From the NCBI RefSeq assembly GCF_056746865.1, contig NZ_CM163382.1: 64,000 bases of DNA; one strand, given 5' to 3'. Below the pieces are notes generated by a model. The model was not told where the DNA came from and did not search any database. It saw only the letters and a program-made list of their open reading frames with translations. The position numbers and the translations under genes were made by a program. Of the stretch, positions 36,716-49,563 are shown one piece after another. Every line of letters begins with the position of its first letter. Within the stretch, counting starts at the first letter, position 1.

Positions 36716-37308
36716 CCAAGAAAGAGCCGTTTGGTTGGAGGATTTAGTGCCTGTTGCTGCTGATAATCCTGCAGAAACAGTGTCGCAATCTGCGCCAACT
36801 TCGCGTAAAACGCACTGACAGGGTTGCGCTGTAATAACTCCAGATAACGATATCCCCACGGCAGCAAATGCGTTTCCAGCAATTGATTCGCTGCGCGTTC
36901 TTTCCCCTCTGCCAGCAAGGCGCTACAGGCAAGCAGCATCAGGCCAAACTGATCTTCCGGTTCATTTATACAGGAATCAAACGTCATTCCCTGATCACGA
37001 AGGAACTTCCGGTACTCGGCAGTGCTGTCCCCCATCAACAGATTATCTTTTTCGAGATATACCGAACCCCAGGGTGGTGCTGGCATTTCACCCTGTCCTT
37101 CAAAAAGAACAGAAAATTGCCAGAGATGCTGCTCCTCATCCGGGATTGACCAGTCAGAGCATAATTCAGCCACCTGGCGGGGATCGCGCCAGGGGTATAT
37201 CTCATCCAATGTCGGCAGACAGTCAAACAGTGCCCGAACTTCAGGACGCGTGGGAGAATAGTAAAACAGGGCACCAAGAATACGCACCAGTACGGCTGGG
37301 GAAGGCAT
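36712..37308 (-). CDS. TorD/DmsD-family redox enzyme maturation chaperone
   Basis: About 199 aa from MPSPAVLVRILGALFYY...; position after the membrane anchor as in dms/ynf operons. Confidence 0.6.
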   Translation of the reverse strand: MPSPAVLVRILGALFYYSPTRPEVRALFDCLPTLDEIYPWRDPRQVAELCSDWSIPDEEQHLWQFSVLFEGQGEMPAPPWGSVYLEKDNLLMGDSTAEYRKFLRDQGMTFDSCINEPEDQFGLMLLACSALLAEGKERAANQLLETHLLPWGYRYLELLQRNPVSAFYAKLAQIATLFLQDYQQQQALNPPTKRLFLG

Positions 37309-37362
37309 GATTAAACACTCCTGAAAGCAGAGGTGGCCGGGCAAACACCGGCCACTCACAGG

Positions 37363-38139
37363 TTACATAGGGATGGTCCAGAGGTTGTAGAAACCGATCC
37401 GACCAACCAGTTCAGCAGCAATAACCACCAGTGCAGTCATCGCCAGCACAGCTTGCCCACTTTTCATGCGTGCATAGAGCAGTGCCCCAATAACACCCAG
37501 CGCCAACAGAATGGCCTGAGCGGTAAACCAGGTGGACTGCGCAGCGGTAATAACGCCATCAGCACTCATTAGCGTGGAAATATAACCCGGACGCAAACAG
37601 AAACTCGCCAGAATCGCCAGTACACTTACCAGCAGCCCCAGACGACGAACGCCAAACAACGCCGCCAACATGCCGCCACCGATAAGTGCAGTTAGCACCA
37701 TCATCATGGTGGTGTAAGAGGTACTCCAGGTCGCTACCGTTGCCAACTGGTAAATACGCGGGATGGCAAAGATAAACACGACTCCAATCGCAGCGGCCAG
37801 CCATACCAGTACTTTACAAAGCATTGCACCACCGCGATTTAACAGCAAACCGAGAGATCCCAGTCCTCCGGCTGCGGCAAAACATGCCGAAAGCACGATT
37901 TCGTTACTCATAGGAGAACTGCCGACACGGAATAGCATATTCAGCGCTCGCAGCGGCTGCCCGACATGAATGGTGCCAAGCACAACACCCACACCAAACA
38001 AGCACATCACCGAAAAGAGACCAATCGCCATACGACGTGGCTCAATTAATCCCATGGCACCGCCAATCAGCAGCAGAATAAACGCCCCCACTGCGCTCTG
38101 GGTAAATACGGTGAAAAAGACCAGTGGTAACTCATGCAT
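37363..38139 (-). CDS. DmsC-like membrane anchor subunit
   Basis: 258 aa, eight predicted hydrophobic segments; overlaps the B-subunit stop by 8 nt. Confidence 0.75.
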   Translation of the reverse strand: MHELPLVFFTVFTQSAVGAFILLLIGGAMGLIEPRRMAIGLFSVMCLFGVGVVLGTIHVGQPLRALNMLFRVGSSPMSNEIVLSACFAAAGGLGSLGLLLNRGGAMLCKVLVWLAAAIGVVFIFAIPRIYQLATVATWSTSYTTMMMVLTALIGGGMLAALFGVRRLGLLVSVLAILASFCLRPGYISTLMSADGVITAAQSTWFTAQAILLALGVIGALLYARMKSGQAVLAMTALVVIAAELVGRIGFYNLWTIPM

Positions 38140-38758
38140 GGCGCACCTCCCGAATGTTCATGATCGCCCCTTCTTTGTCGCCCGTAGGTCGCGCCAGCGG
38201 ATGCGGTTTAATTATCAGGTTAGGATGCGTAAACGAAGCGGCAGGTAACGGTGCGATTTCATTTTCACTGCCATATTTCGCCCGCAATTCGTCGATAGGA
38301 CCAAAATCCAAAGCTCGCTGTGGACAGGACTCAACACAAATAGGCGGGAGATTTTTCTCCAGTCGGTCAAGGCAACCATCACACTTACGCATCACTTTAG
38401 CTTGTGTATCAAACTGCGGTGCACCATAAGGGCAGCGCATTTCGCAGTAACGACAGCCCACACAAACACTGTCATCCACCAGCACCAGGCCATCTTCTTC
38501 GCGTTTGTGCATCGCGCCGGTTGGGCAACCTGCCACACAGGTCGGTTCATCGCAGTGATTGCAGGCAATCGACAAATAGTAAGTGAAGGTATTGTTGTGC
38601 CAGCTTTCACCTTCTTTCACCCAGCTACCGCCACCATATTCATACACGCGGCGCAGCTTCGGTCCGACATCCAAATCTTTATTATCCTTGCAGCTTACCT
38701 GGCAGGTTTTGCAGCCAGAGCAACGCGAGGAGTCAACGTAAAAACCATACTGTTTCAT
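38132..38758 (-). CDS. DmsB-like 4Fe-4S electron-transfer subunit
   Basis: 208 aa with four Cys-cluster motifs (CSGCKTCQVSC, CNHCDEPTCVAGCP, CVGCRYCEMRCP, CDGC...C). Confidence 0.85.
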   Translation of the reverse strand: MKQYGFYVDSSRCSGCKTCQVSCKDNKDLDVGPKLRRVYEYGGGSWVKEGESWHNNTFTYYLSIACNHCDEPTCVAGCPTGAMHKREEDGLVLVDDSVCVGCRYCEMRCPYGAPQFDTQAKVMRKCDGCLDRLEKNLPPICVESCPQRALDFGPIDELRAKYGSENEIAPLPAASFTHPNLIIKPHPLARPTGDKEGAIMNIREVRHA

Positions 38759-38771
38759 TGCGGATCACTCC

Positions 38772-41207
38772 CTAAGCGCGTTTGATTTCAACCAGGTTGG
38801 TATGTTGCGGGTTCCCTTTCGCCAGCGGCGACGGCAGGTGGCTGGTCAATGTGTTAATACATCCACCCACGTCCACACCGTTGCTGTCCAGTCGGGTCCA
38901 CGCGCCTTGCGGCATTGCCACCACGCCCGGCAGGATGCGCTGTGTCACCTTGCAGGGGATCTCCACCACACCGCGATCGTTGAATACATGGACCATATCG
39001 CCTGATTTCAACTGACGCACGCTGGCGTCTATCGGGTTGATCCAGACTTCATCCGGTACCGCTTCATGCAGCATCAGCACACTGGCATATGTTGAGTGCG
39101 TGTGACCTTTGGTGTGAAAACCGCTCATCTGTAGCGGATACTTTGCTGTCAGACTCTTGTTCAGATGGGACTCTGTCACTATACAAAATTCAGGAACAGC
39201 CGGAATGCGATCTCCTTCCGGTAGTGTCCAGGCTTTAGCCAGTTCCGCCAGAGTGTGCGAGTAAATCTCAATCTTCCCGGAAGGTGTCGTCAGTGGACTG
39301 GCAACCGGATCATGGCGGAAATCAGCAAGGATAATACTGTCCTCATCACGAGTACCTTGCTGATCGATAACCCCCATATTCATTGCAACTTCCCATTCAG
39401 GCAGATATGATCGCTTCTCTTTAACTTGTCCGTAATGCTTCGCCATCCACTCTGCCTGAGTACGCCCCTCAGTAAAACGCTCTCTTACCCCAAGATGCCC
39501 CGCAATATCTGCACAGATATCATAGGTACTGCGTACTTCCCACATCGGTGTGATCGTTTTTTGCATTGCAATCATGTAATGGTGAGAACCGGCTGCATAG
39601 GAACTGTCCACCAGATCCTCGGCTTCTAAGTAGCTAGTTTCTGGAAGAAGGATATCGGCAAAGCGGGCACTGGCAGTCATATGATTATCAATAACCACGA
39701 TAGTTTCGCACAGGCTGTCATCTTCAAGTATTTTGCGTGTACGATTGATATTTCCATGTTGATTCAGAAGTGCATTCCCGGCCTGGTTGAAGAACAGTTT
39801 AATACCGGTTTTCAGTTTATCCGCGCCTTTAACCCCCATAGTGGTGGCTGTCATTTTTTCCGGACTTTGAATCGCATCTGTCCACAGATAGCAGGGGATT
39901 GACACCTTAACGGGATTTTCACCAATCGGCAGAGCAGGAACACCATAAGGTGTTCCGTATGTCCAGTTCCCATTGTTGGTTCCTGGCAATCCAAAATGAC
40001 CCGTCAGGGCAGGAAGTATCTGAACCGCTCTGGAAGTCTGTTCACCATTTGCATGACGCTGTGGCCCCCATCCCTGGGCAATGAAACAGGCCCGAGCTTC
40101 GGCCATTTCACGTGCCAACTGGCGAATACGAATAGCCGGGATGCCACAGATATCTGCCGCCCATTCAGGTGTTTTTTCGACGCCGTCATCACCGTTACCC
40201 AGAACATAGTCTTTATAACTGGCATTTGGTTTCGCCGTTTCCGGAAGGGTGCTACGATCATAACCGACACAATAAGTATTGACTCGTTCTTCGTCGATCA
40301 GATTTTCTTTTATCAACGTGTGTGCAATAGCTGCTACCAGTGCAGCATCGGTTGTAGGGCGAATTGGTAACCATTCAGCATGTTCTGTAACAACAGAGTC
40401 TGTATAGCGCGGATCGATGATAATCACCCGGGCGCCTGATATTTCCAGCGCACGGCGCAGTTCTTCAACTTGCCCACCACCGGACATCCGAGTCTCAGAT
40501 AAATTCAGACCAAAAAAAACCACAAGATCAGAATGCGCAATCTGGCTAAAATGACTGGCAAACTGTACTCCTGTAGCACCATACGTGTAAGATGTGGCGG
40601 TAAAGTTTTGAGCGTTTGAGTAATTATTGTAATACTGCAGAAAACCGCCATTCAGGTTCAATAACCTTTTCCATGCGGGTGTTCCTTGGTTATGATAATA
40701 CGCGCCAGATTGATAATTAAAATAGATTGCTTCATTTCCATATTTTTCAGAAACGCGCTTTAATTCAGCGGCAATAAAGGCTGTGGCCTCATCCCATGAA
40801 ATACGTTTAAATTTCCCTTCTCCGCGTTTACCAACACGTTTCATCGGATATTTAATCCGGTCAGGGCTATAAACACGCCAGCGGCTGGAACGACCACGTA
40901 GGCAAGGTCGAATCTGATGTTCACCAAAAACAGAGTCGTCCTTCGCGTCCTCGGCTTCAATACGAACAATGCGTCCGTCTTTTACGATAACTTTTAATGG
41001 ACAACGACTTCCGCAATTCACCAGGCAAGCACTATGCCTGACGGTTTCAGCATTTTCGTTGGTTTTACCGGTATCCGATGTTTCGGCCCTGACGGTTGTG
41101 GAAAAAGGCAAAGTGATGGCGTTGCTTAGTGCAACGGCAGCTCCCAATTTTGCAGTTGTAGTCACCGCATCACGTCGGGAGATTGTTGTATTTAACAACT
41201 CTTTCAT
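38772..41207 (-). CDS. DMSO reductase-family molybdopterin oxidoreductase catalytic subunit (DmsA/YnfE-like)
   Basis: 811 aa; twin-arginine signal (TISRRDAVTT), N-terminal Cys cluster (HSACLVNCGSRCP), molybdopterin domains. Confidence 0.85.
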   Translation of the reverse strand: MKELLNTTISRRDAVTTTAKLGAAVALSNAITLPFSTTVRAETSDTGKTNENAETVRHSACLVNCGSRCPLKVIVKDGRIVRIEAEDAKDDSVFGEHQIRPCLRGRSSRWRVYSPDRIKYPMKRVGKRGEGKFKRISWDEATAFIAAELKRVSEKYGNEAIYFNYQSGAYYHNQGTPAWKRLLNLNGGFLQYYNNYSNAQNFTATSYTYGATGVQFASHFSQIAHSDLVVFFGLNLSETRMSGGGQVEELRRALEISGARVIIIDPRYTDSVVTEHAEWLPIRPTTDAALVAAIAHTLIKENLIDEERVNTYCVGYDRSTLPETAKPNASYKDYVLGNGDDGVEKTPEWAADICGIPAIRIRQLAREMAEARACFIAQGWGPQRHANGEQTSRAVQILPALTGHFGLPGTNNGNWTYGTPYGVPALPIGENPVKVSIPCYLWTDAIQSPEKMTATTMGVKGADKLKTGIKLFFNQAGNALLNQHGNINRTRKILEDDSLCETIVVIDNHMTASARFADILLPETSYLEAEDLVDSSYAAGSHHYMIAMQKTITPMWEVRSTYDICADIAGHLGVRERFTEGRTQAEWMAKHYGQVKEKRSYLPEWEVAMNMGVIDQQGTRDEDSIILADFRHDPVASPLTTPSGKIEIYSHTLAELAKAWTLPEGDRIPAVPEFCIVTESHLNKSLTAKYPLQMSGFHTKGHTHSTYASVLMLHEAVPDEVWINPIDASVRQLKSGDMVHVFNDRGVVEIPCKVTQRILPGVVAMPQGAWTRLDSNGVDVGGCINTLTSHLPSPLAKGNPQHTNLVEIKRA

Positions 41208-41287
41208 TTTATTTTCTCACATTGTTTTCATAATTATTATTAATACGACATATGAGGTAATCATAAAGAATTAGTAATTCATCATGA

Positions 41288-41301
41288 TTGATTATGATCA
41301 A
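41288..41301. promoter_or_regulatory. FNR-box (TTGAT-N4-ATCAA) upstream of the molybdoenzyme operon
   Basis: ttgattatgatcaa is a perfect match to the FNR consensus, centred about 87 bp upstream of the ATG at 41207; a second FNR/CRP-like site gtgatcattatcaa lies at 41337-41350. Confidence 0.5.
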
Positions 41302-41413
41302 GTGAGATTTGGTGCTTAGCACAAATATAAATATTTGTGATCATTATCAAAATGTAAATGATAACGCATCTTTATTATCATTTGAGATTAAATATCACGC
41401 AGCGTTAATCTAA

Positions 41414-43870
<2,457 letters not shown>

Positions 43871-44465
43871 CAAGAGAACGCAACAGCGCACTTGCTTTGC
43901 CACAGTTGAATTTTGTGCCGTAACGATGTGCAAGCATGTAAGCATAAGGAGTCAAGGTATAGCGTGTTACTTAGTTACTCGGATTAACAATCCCAACGTA
44001 CAGAGCGGCGGATTTAGAGAGTCAGCGCAGTCCCTGCTCCGGCAGTCAGTGGCAGGCGGCGTACTGAAGCAAACCATTATCGATACCGGCATCGGCGATA
44101 CCATCGGCATGCTGATGTCACACGGCAATATTTCTCCCTACATCATGGCGTGGTTGATAACCGTGCTGATCCGTCTGGCAACGGGTCAGGGCGTGGTCTC
44201 AGCCATGACGGCGGCGGGGATTATTAGCGCAGCAATCCTCGACCCGGCAACCGGTCAACTGGTGGGCGTCGACCCGGCGTTGCTGGTGCTGGCAACAGCG
44301 GCTGGCTCCAACACGCTGACCCATATCAACGATGCTTCGTTCTGGCTGTTCAAAGGCTACTTTGATCTGTCGGTGAAGGATACGCTGAAAACCTGGGGTC
44401 TGCTGGAGCTGGTAAACTCCGTGGTTGGCCTGATAATCGTGTTGATCATCAGCATGATTGCATAA
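43871..44465 (+). pseudogene. GntP-family permease, C-terminal fragment truncated by IS5
   Basis: The 303-aa track ORF starts inside IS5; only the distal ~198 codons look like a gluconate-type permease C-terminus. Confidence 0.6.
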
Positions 44466-44514
44466 CGTTGATACCGCTCTGGCGCACAGCGCCAGAGCGG
44501 TTTTCCATCCTGCC

Positions 44515-45210
44515 TCAACAATCCTCAATAATCAGATATACCGCCTTCACCGGACCATGCACCCCAACCACCTTGATAAGCTCAATATCCGCCGTCGAGC
44601 TGGGTCCACTGATGATATTAATGCACGATGGCATACGCTCACCGGCCTGTGCTTTCTGATGCAGTTTTTCTGCCAGCTGCGCCACGCGCGGCAGGATGGT
44701 GCTTTTACGCAGCACGAAAATAGAGGACTCCGGCAACAGGCTCAGGGAGCGCCCGCGCTCCGGTGCGGAAAACAGCACCACGCCGCCGGACTCGGTCAGG
44801 CCATATTCGGCATACACCACGCCGACTTTCGCCTGCTCGGCCTGGGTAATATTTTCGCTACCACGCGCCGGATCCCAGACCACGGCGTTGCATTCCTGCT
44901 GCAAGCGTTCGGTGATGCCCAGCTCCACCAGCCGGCTGTCGCCGCTCAGCACCACCGGCTGCTGACCCAATTCTTCGCACAGGCGCAGTGCCGCGTCTGC
45001 GGCCTGGTCCTCGCTGGTCAGTTCGCAGCGGGCCAGCATCACTTCGCTGGCAAACTGGATAAACGCAGAGCAGCGCTGCTCGGGGCTAAGCTCGGTCAGG
45101 CGCTCGTTGGCATAGTTGTTAACCGGTGCGGCATCCGCTTGCGGTTCGAAGCGCAGCGGGCGACCCAGCGCCTGGGCGATGGTGTTTAAAAACGCGGTAC
45201 GGTTATCCAT
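44515..45210 (-). CDS. ykgG: Lactate utilization protein C (LutC/YkgG family)
   Basis: 231 aa from MDNRTAFLNTIAQALG...; start overlaps ykgF stop. Confidence 0.85.
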   Translation of the reverse strand: MDNRTAFLNTIAQALGRPLRFEPQADAAPVNNYANERLTELSPEQRCSAFIQFASEVMLARCELTSEDQAADAALRLCEELGQQPVVLSGDSRLVELGITERLQQECNAVVWDPARGSENITQAEQAKVGVVYAEYGLTESGGVVLFSAPERGRSLSLLPESSIFVLRKSTILPRVAQLAEKLHQKAQAGERMPSCINIISGPSSTADIELIKVVGVHGPVKAVYLIIEDC

Positions 45211-46630
45211 TCTTTTTCTCCTGCGCCTGATGTTTCTTAAACCAGCTGCGGAAGCTCTCGCCGTCAGCATCAGGCAGATCGCGCGCCTCCATCCAGTCAC
45301 CAATCGCGCCAACCTTGAGCGGGGTTTTGCCGCCATTGATAAACCAGCTCGCCGCATGCGCGCCCGCCATCATCCCGACTTTCCACAGCCCCGGATGGCT
45401 ATTGGCATAGGCGAACATCTTGATCGCCCGTCGCTCGGCTTTCGGCGTAATGCCCTCCTCGGCCATCACCCGGCGATGACGCAGGATCAGTTTTGACAAC
45501 GGAATACGCACCGGGCAGACGCTGTCACAAGCCGTGCACAAAGAACAGGCGTACGGCAGGTCTTTAAAATCTTTATAGCCGCCGAGCAGCGGAGAAATCA
45601 CCGCGCCGATAGGGCCGGGATAGATAGAGCCATAGCCGTGCCCGCCGATGTGGCGGTACGCCGGACAGGTGTTCATACAGGCTCCGCAGCGGATGCAGCG
45701 CAGCACATCGCGAAACTCTGAGCCCAGCACCTGCGAGCGACCGTTATCGACAATCACCAGATGGAACTCTTCCGGTCCGTCAACGTTGTCCGCATCACGC
45801 GGGCCGGTCAGCCAGGTGTTGTAGCCCGTCAGACGTGCGCCCACGGCGCTGCGCGCCAGCATGGTAATCAGCACATCCACCTCGGCAAAGGTCGGCGCGA
45901 TACGCTCCATGCCCATCACCGCAATGTGCGTTTTCGGTAGCGTGGTGCACATGCGCGCGTTGCCTTCGTTGGTCACCAGACACACCGAGCCGGTTTCCGC
46001 CACGGCAAAGTTACAGCCAGTAATACCGATTTCGGCACTGAGGAAATCCTCGCGGATCTTCTGACGAATGAACAAGGTCATAGCTTCCGGGGTTTCCGGG
46101 CCGTCGTACCCCAGACGTTCGTTCAGCACGCGGCGGATCTGGTAGCGATCTTTATGAATCGCCGGAACCACGACGTGCGAAGGCGGATCCTGATCCAACT
46201 GCAGGATATATTCCCCGAGATCGGTTTCGATCACCTGGATTCCGGCATCCTGCAACACATGGTTGACGCCGATTTCTTCGGTCACCATCGACTTGGACTT
46301 CACCACCTTCTGCGCATTTTTACTCTGCGCGACCTGCAAAATGTAGCGAGTGGCATCTTCTTTGGTTTTGGCGAAATAGACGTGTCCGCCGTTTTCCGTC
46401 ACTTTCTCGGAGAGTTGGTACAGGTAAGCGTCGAGGTTGCTCAGAACGTGATCGCGGATCTGGCTGGCACGATCGCGCCATTCTTCCCAGTGGCCTAACT
46501 CATCGACCATTTTTTGCCGATTCGCGCCGATACGCTCCTGCGCATTAGCCACGGCTTTGCGCATAATCGGATCTTCTATCTGCTGACGAATACGCAGTTT
46601 AAATTCTACATCGCTGGTTTTTATCGACAT
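45203..46630 (-). CDS. ykgF: Lactate utilization protein B, iron-sulfur (LutB/YkgF family)
   Basis: 475 aa; two 4Fe-4S motifs (CIRCGACMNTCP, CSLCTACDSVCP). Confidence 0.9.
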   Translation of the reverse strand: MSIKTSDVEFKLRIRQQIEDPIMRKAVANAQERIGANRQKMVDELGHWEEWRDRASQIRDHVLSNLDAYLYQLSEKVTENGGHVYFAKTKEDATRYILQVAQSKNAQKVVKSKSMVTEEIGVNHVLQDAGIQVIETDLGEYILQLDQDPPSHVVVPAIHKDRYQIRRVLNERLGYDGPETPEAMTLFIRQKIREDFLSAEIGITGCNFAVAETGSVCLVTNEGNARMCTTLPKTHIAVMGMERIAPTFAEVDVLITMLARSAVGARLTGYNTWLTGPRDADNVDGPEEFHLVIVDNGRSQVLGSEFRDVLRCIRCGACMNTCPAYRHIGGHGYGSIYPGPIGAVISPLLGGYKDFKDLPYACSLCTACDSVCPVRIPLSKLILRHRRVMAEEGITPKAERRAIKMFAYANSHPGLWKVGMMAGAHAASWFINGGKTPLKVGAIGDWMEARDLPDADGESFRSWFKKHQAQEKKNG

Positions 46631-46640
46631 CTCTTTCCCC

Positions 46641-47360
46641 TCAGCGGCTCATCAGCACTTCAGCAATATGCATCACTTTGACCGGCTGGCCTTCCCGTTG
46701 CAGTCGACCGCCAATGTTCAGCAGGCAGCTAACGTCTGCGCCAATCAAAAATTCCGGCTTTGCGTCCATCAGATGTAATACTTTCTCTTTCACCATCTCA
46801 CCGGATATCTCGGCCATCTTGACCGAGAACGTCCCGCCAAAGCCGCAACAGGTATCCTGATCGGCAAACGTCAACAGCTCCAGTCCGCGCACGTTTTTCA
46901 GCAGCGTAAGCGGCTCTTCCTTCACTCCCAGTTTGCGGGTCAGGCTACAGGAAGGATGATACACAGCGCGGCCCTGCAGGCTGGCACCAACGTCCACCAC
47001 ACCCAGTTTGTTGACGATAAAGGAGGTGAGATCCTGCATACGCGCGGAAACTTTCTCAGCACGCAGCGCCCATTCCGGTTCATCGGCCAGATACGTCGGG
47101 TAGCTTTTAACCGCGTAGGTGCAGGAGCCCGCCGGGGAGATAATCGGATCGTCGTTGTCTTCCAGCGCGGCGATCAGGTTTTTCATCCCGGGGATCGCCT
47201 CTTTGATGTAACCGCTGTTGATGGCTGGCTGACCGCAACACCCTTGCTTCTCGGGGAAATTAACGCGACAACCCAGTTTTTCCAGCAGCAATACGGAGTC
47301 TCGTGCCATCCGTGATTTCAGTGCGTCACCAATACAGGTGACAAAGAAATTTACATTCAC
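46641..47360 (-). CDS. ykgE: Lactate utilization protein A (LutA/YkgE family, CCG domain)
   Basis: 239 aa; cysteine-rich CCG motifs. Confidence 0.9.
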   Translation of the reverse strand: MNVNFFVTCIGDALKSRMARDSVLLLEKLGCRVNFPEKQGCCGQPAINSGYIKEAIPGMKNLIAALEDNDDPIISPAGSCTYAVKSYPTYLADEPEWALRAEKVSARMQDLTSFIVNKLGVVDVGASLQGRAVYHPSCSLTRKLGVKEEPLTLLKNVRGLELLTFADQDTCCGFGGTFSVKMAEISGEMVKEKVLHLMDAKPEFLIGADVSCLLNIGGRLQREGQPVKVMHIAEVLMSR

Positions 47361-47434
47361 AATAACTACTCCATTGCTTCATTTCTGTTTATTGCGCTTG
47401 ATATCGCGATATCAAACAAATGTTCATTCGTATT

Positions 47435-49132
47435 TCATGCCCAGTTTTTATGTTTGCTGGTTTTACCAATACCTGGATTCATAGTGTTGGTCGGATCATT
47501 TTCCTGATAAAAACGTGCCAAATTTTCCGGCGCTTTATACAGATGGCCGACATTGTGTTCCGCCGGATATTGCGCTCCGCGTTGGCGCAGTAATTCCAGC
47601 ATCTGTTCTTTTAACGCGTGGGCATCTACGCCTTTTTTAACGATATAATCCTGATGGAATACATGGCACATAAAATGGCCGTAATAGAGTTTATGCACCA
47701 ACTGACTGTCAATTTCCGCAGGTAAATACTCATACCATTCGGTATCATTGCGGCGTAATGCAATATCCAGCGCGAGAATATCCTCAACCTCGTCAGAATG
47801 AACGGCCTGATAACGAATGGCAGCACCCGCGGCGGCAAAACGATGCAGAAACGCCTTACTGCCCTCTTCCGCGGTACAGGTAAAGAACGCGCCCTCGGCC
47901 GATTTAAAATAGTCCGTTAACCATGCCTGGGCTTCGGCCACACCCTCGCCGGACATTTTCAACATCAGATGGTGTTCATAGTTATCGCGCCAGGTCTTCA
48001 TCCGCGCCGGGAGATGGCTCGGGAACAGATGGCTAAAAGCCTGCATCGCGCGGTCAGTAAAGTGCGGGCGAAAGATCTTCACCTTCTCAAGTATGGCCTC
48101 GGTACGCCCCTTCAGGTTGAAGAAGAACGGCATTTTGTCCGTGCCAAGTTTGTCGATCATCAGGAAGGTATCTTTGCTGTATTTCTCTGCAATATCATAG
48201 ATATCGCGGTGCATATACTCCCCAGCAACCGGCAGGTTTGTAAAATTCGCCAGGATGTGGCGGCGAATCTCAGTCAGGACATCAGTCTGATTGGTACCGA
48301 TATAAAAGACCTGCTGGTTCTTCTCGGCTTCAAAGGTATCCAGACGTACGGCAAACACCGCTAACTTGCCCGCGCAGCCAGAGGATTCAAACAGGCGATC
48401 CGGGTCAGCGTTGTAACGTGCTGGCGTGTCGGCATTGATGTCCCGCACGCGGCTAACATAGTCGTGATCGTGCGCGTGACGTCCGTCATGGTTGACGAGC
48501 GCGGCTTCAATCACATTGTTATCCAGCCGGGCAAGGATTTGCTCTGGCGTCTGACCTAGCTCAATGCCAAGGTGATTGACCAGCTGCAAGCGTCCCTGTT
48601 CATCAATGCGGGCAAACAGCGACATCTCGGTGTAAGCCGGGCCTCGCTGGACCAGAGAACCGCCCGAGTTATTACAGATACCGCCGATAACCGACGCGCC
48701 GATGCACGAAGAGCCGATCACCGAATGCGGCTCACGGCCAAACGGCTTCAGCGCCCTTTCCAGCGAGTACAGCGTGGTGCCCGGATAAGCCAGCACCTGC
48801 TTGCCCTCATCCAGCACATGCAGACTGTCCAGCCGCAGCGTGCTGATAATGACGATCTCGCGGTCGTAGTCATTACCATTTGGCGTCGAACCCTCGGCCA
48901 GGCCTGTGTTCGACGCCTGCATCAGGATTATTTTATCAGCCTCAACGCAGGCGCTGAGGACTTTCCAGAGTTCAAGCAAAGAGCCGGGGATAACCACCGC
49001 CAGAGCATCACCCTGACCCGAGCGGAATCCCTTACGGTAACGCGCAGTTTTTGACGGTTCGGTGAGGATATGAGCAGGGCCAACCAATTGGGTAAGAGTC
49101 GTCAAAAAGGTCTTATTATCAGTATGTTTCAT
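47435..49132 (-). CDS. FAD-dependent quinone-linked D-lactate dehydrogenase (Dld-like)
   Basis: 565 aa; FAD-binding region (IGSSCIGASVIGGICNNSGGS); collinear with remembered E. coli Dld. Confidence 0.85.
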   Translation of the reverse strand: MKHTDNKTFLTTLTQLVGPAHILTEPSKTARYRKGFRSGQGDALAVVIPGSLLELWKVLSACVEADKIILMQASNTGLAEGSTPNGNDYDREIVIISTLRLDSLHVLDEGKQVLAYPGTTLYSLERALKPFGREPHSVIGSSCIGASVIGGICNNSGGSLVQRGPAYTEMSLFARIDEQGRLQLVNHLGIELGQTPEQILARLDNNVIEAALVNHDGRHAHDHDYVSRVRDINADTPARYNADPDRLFESSGCAGKLAVFAVRLDTFEAEKNQQVFYIGTNQTDVLTEIRRHILANFTNLPVAGEYMHRDIYDIAEKYSKDTFLMIDKLGTDKMPFFFNLKGRTEAILEKVKIFRPHFTDRAMQAFSHLFPSHLPARMKTWRDNYEHHLMLKMSGEGVAEAQAWLTDYFKSAEGAFFTCTAEEGSKAFLHRFAAAGAAIRYQAVHSDEVEDILALDIALRRNDTEWYEYLPAEIDSQLVHKLYYGHFMCHVFHQDYIVKKGVDAHALKEQMLELLRQRGAQYPAEHNVGHLYKAPENLARFYQENDPTNTMNPGIGKTSKHKNWA

Positions 49133-49563
49133 GGAGGGCGGCTCTCCGCTCCTTATATCAGGGCCAGTGAAAATGGCTATAAGTTCATTTGTATGACAAA
49201 GCAGAATATTCCCTCAATCAATATCCACATGCAATACCCCATTTTATTTCTTTCGGTACCGCTCACATTTTTTAATGAAATTACCACCGCCATATAATTC
49301 ATACCTCGCCCTTTGAGGGGATGCCAAAACACTTATTTATTGCAAAGATCATCCCATACCTATTAATGATTAACTCTAATGGGTGTTGTAATATTTAGTG
49401 GTTATTCATATTTAATAAAAAAAATAACATTATTTATACAATTATTAACCTTTATAACTTTATTTCACTGAAGCGATTCAGTTAGCATTTTTTATTTTAT
49501 TATTCAGGTAGCTTCCTTCCCCATAAATATAGCTCAGTCTAAAAAAGTAAATCGGGAATTGTA

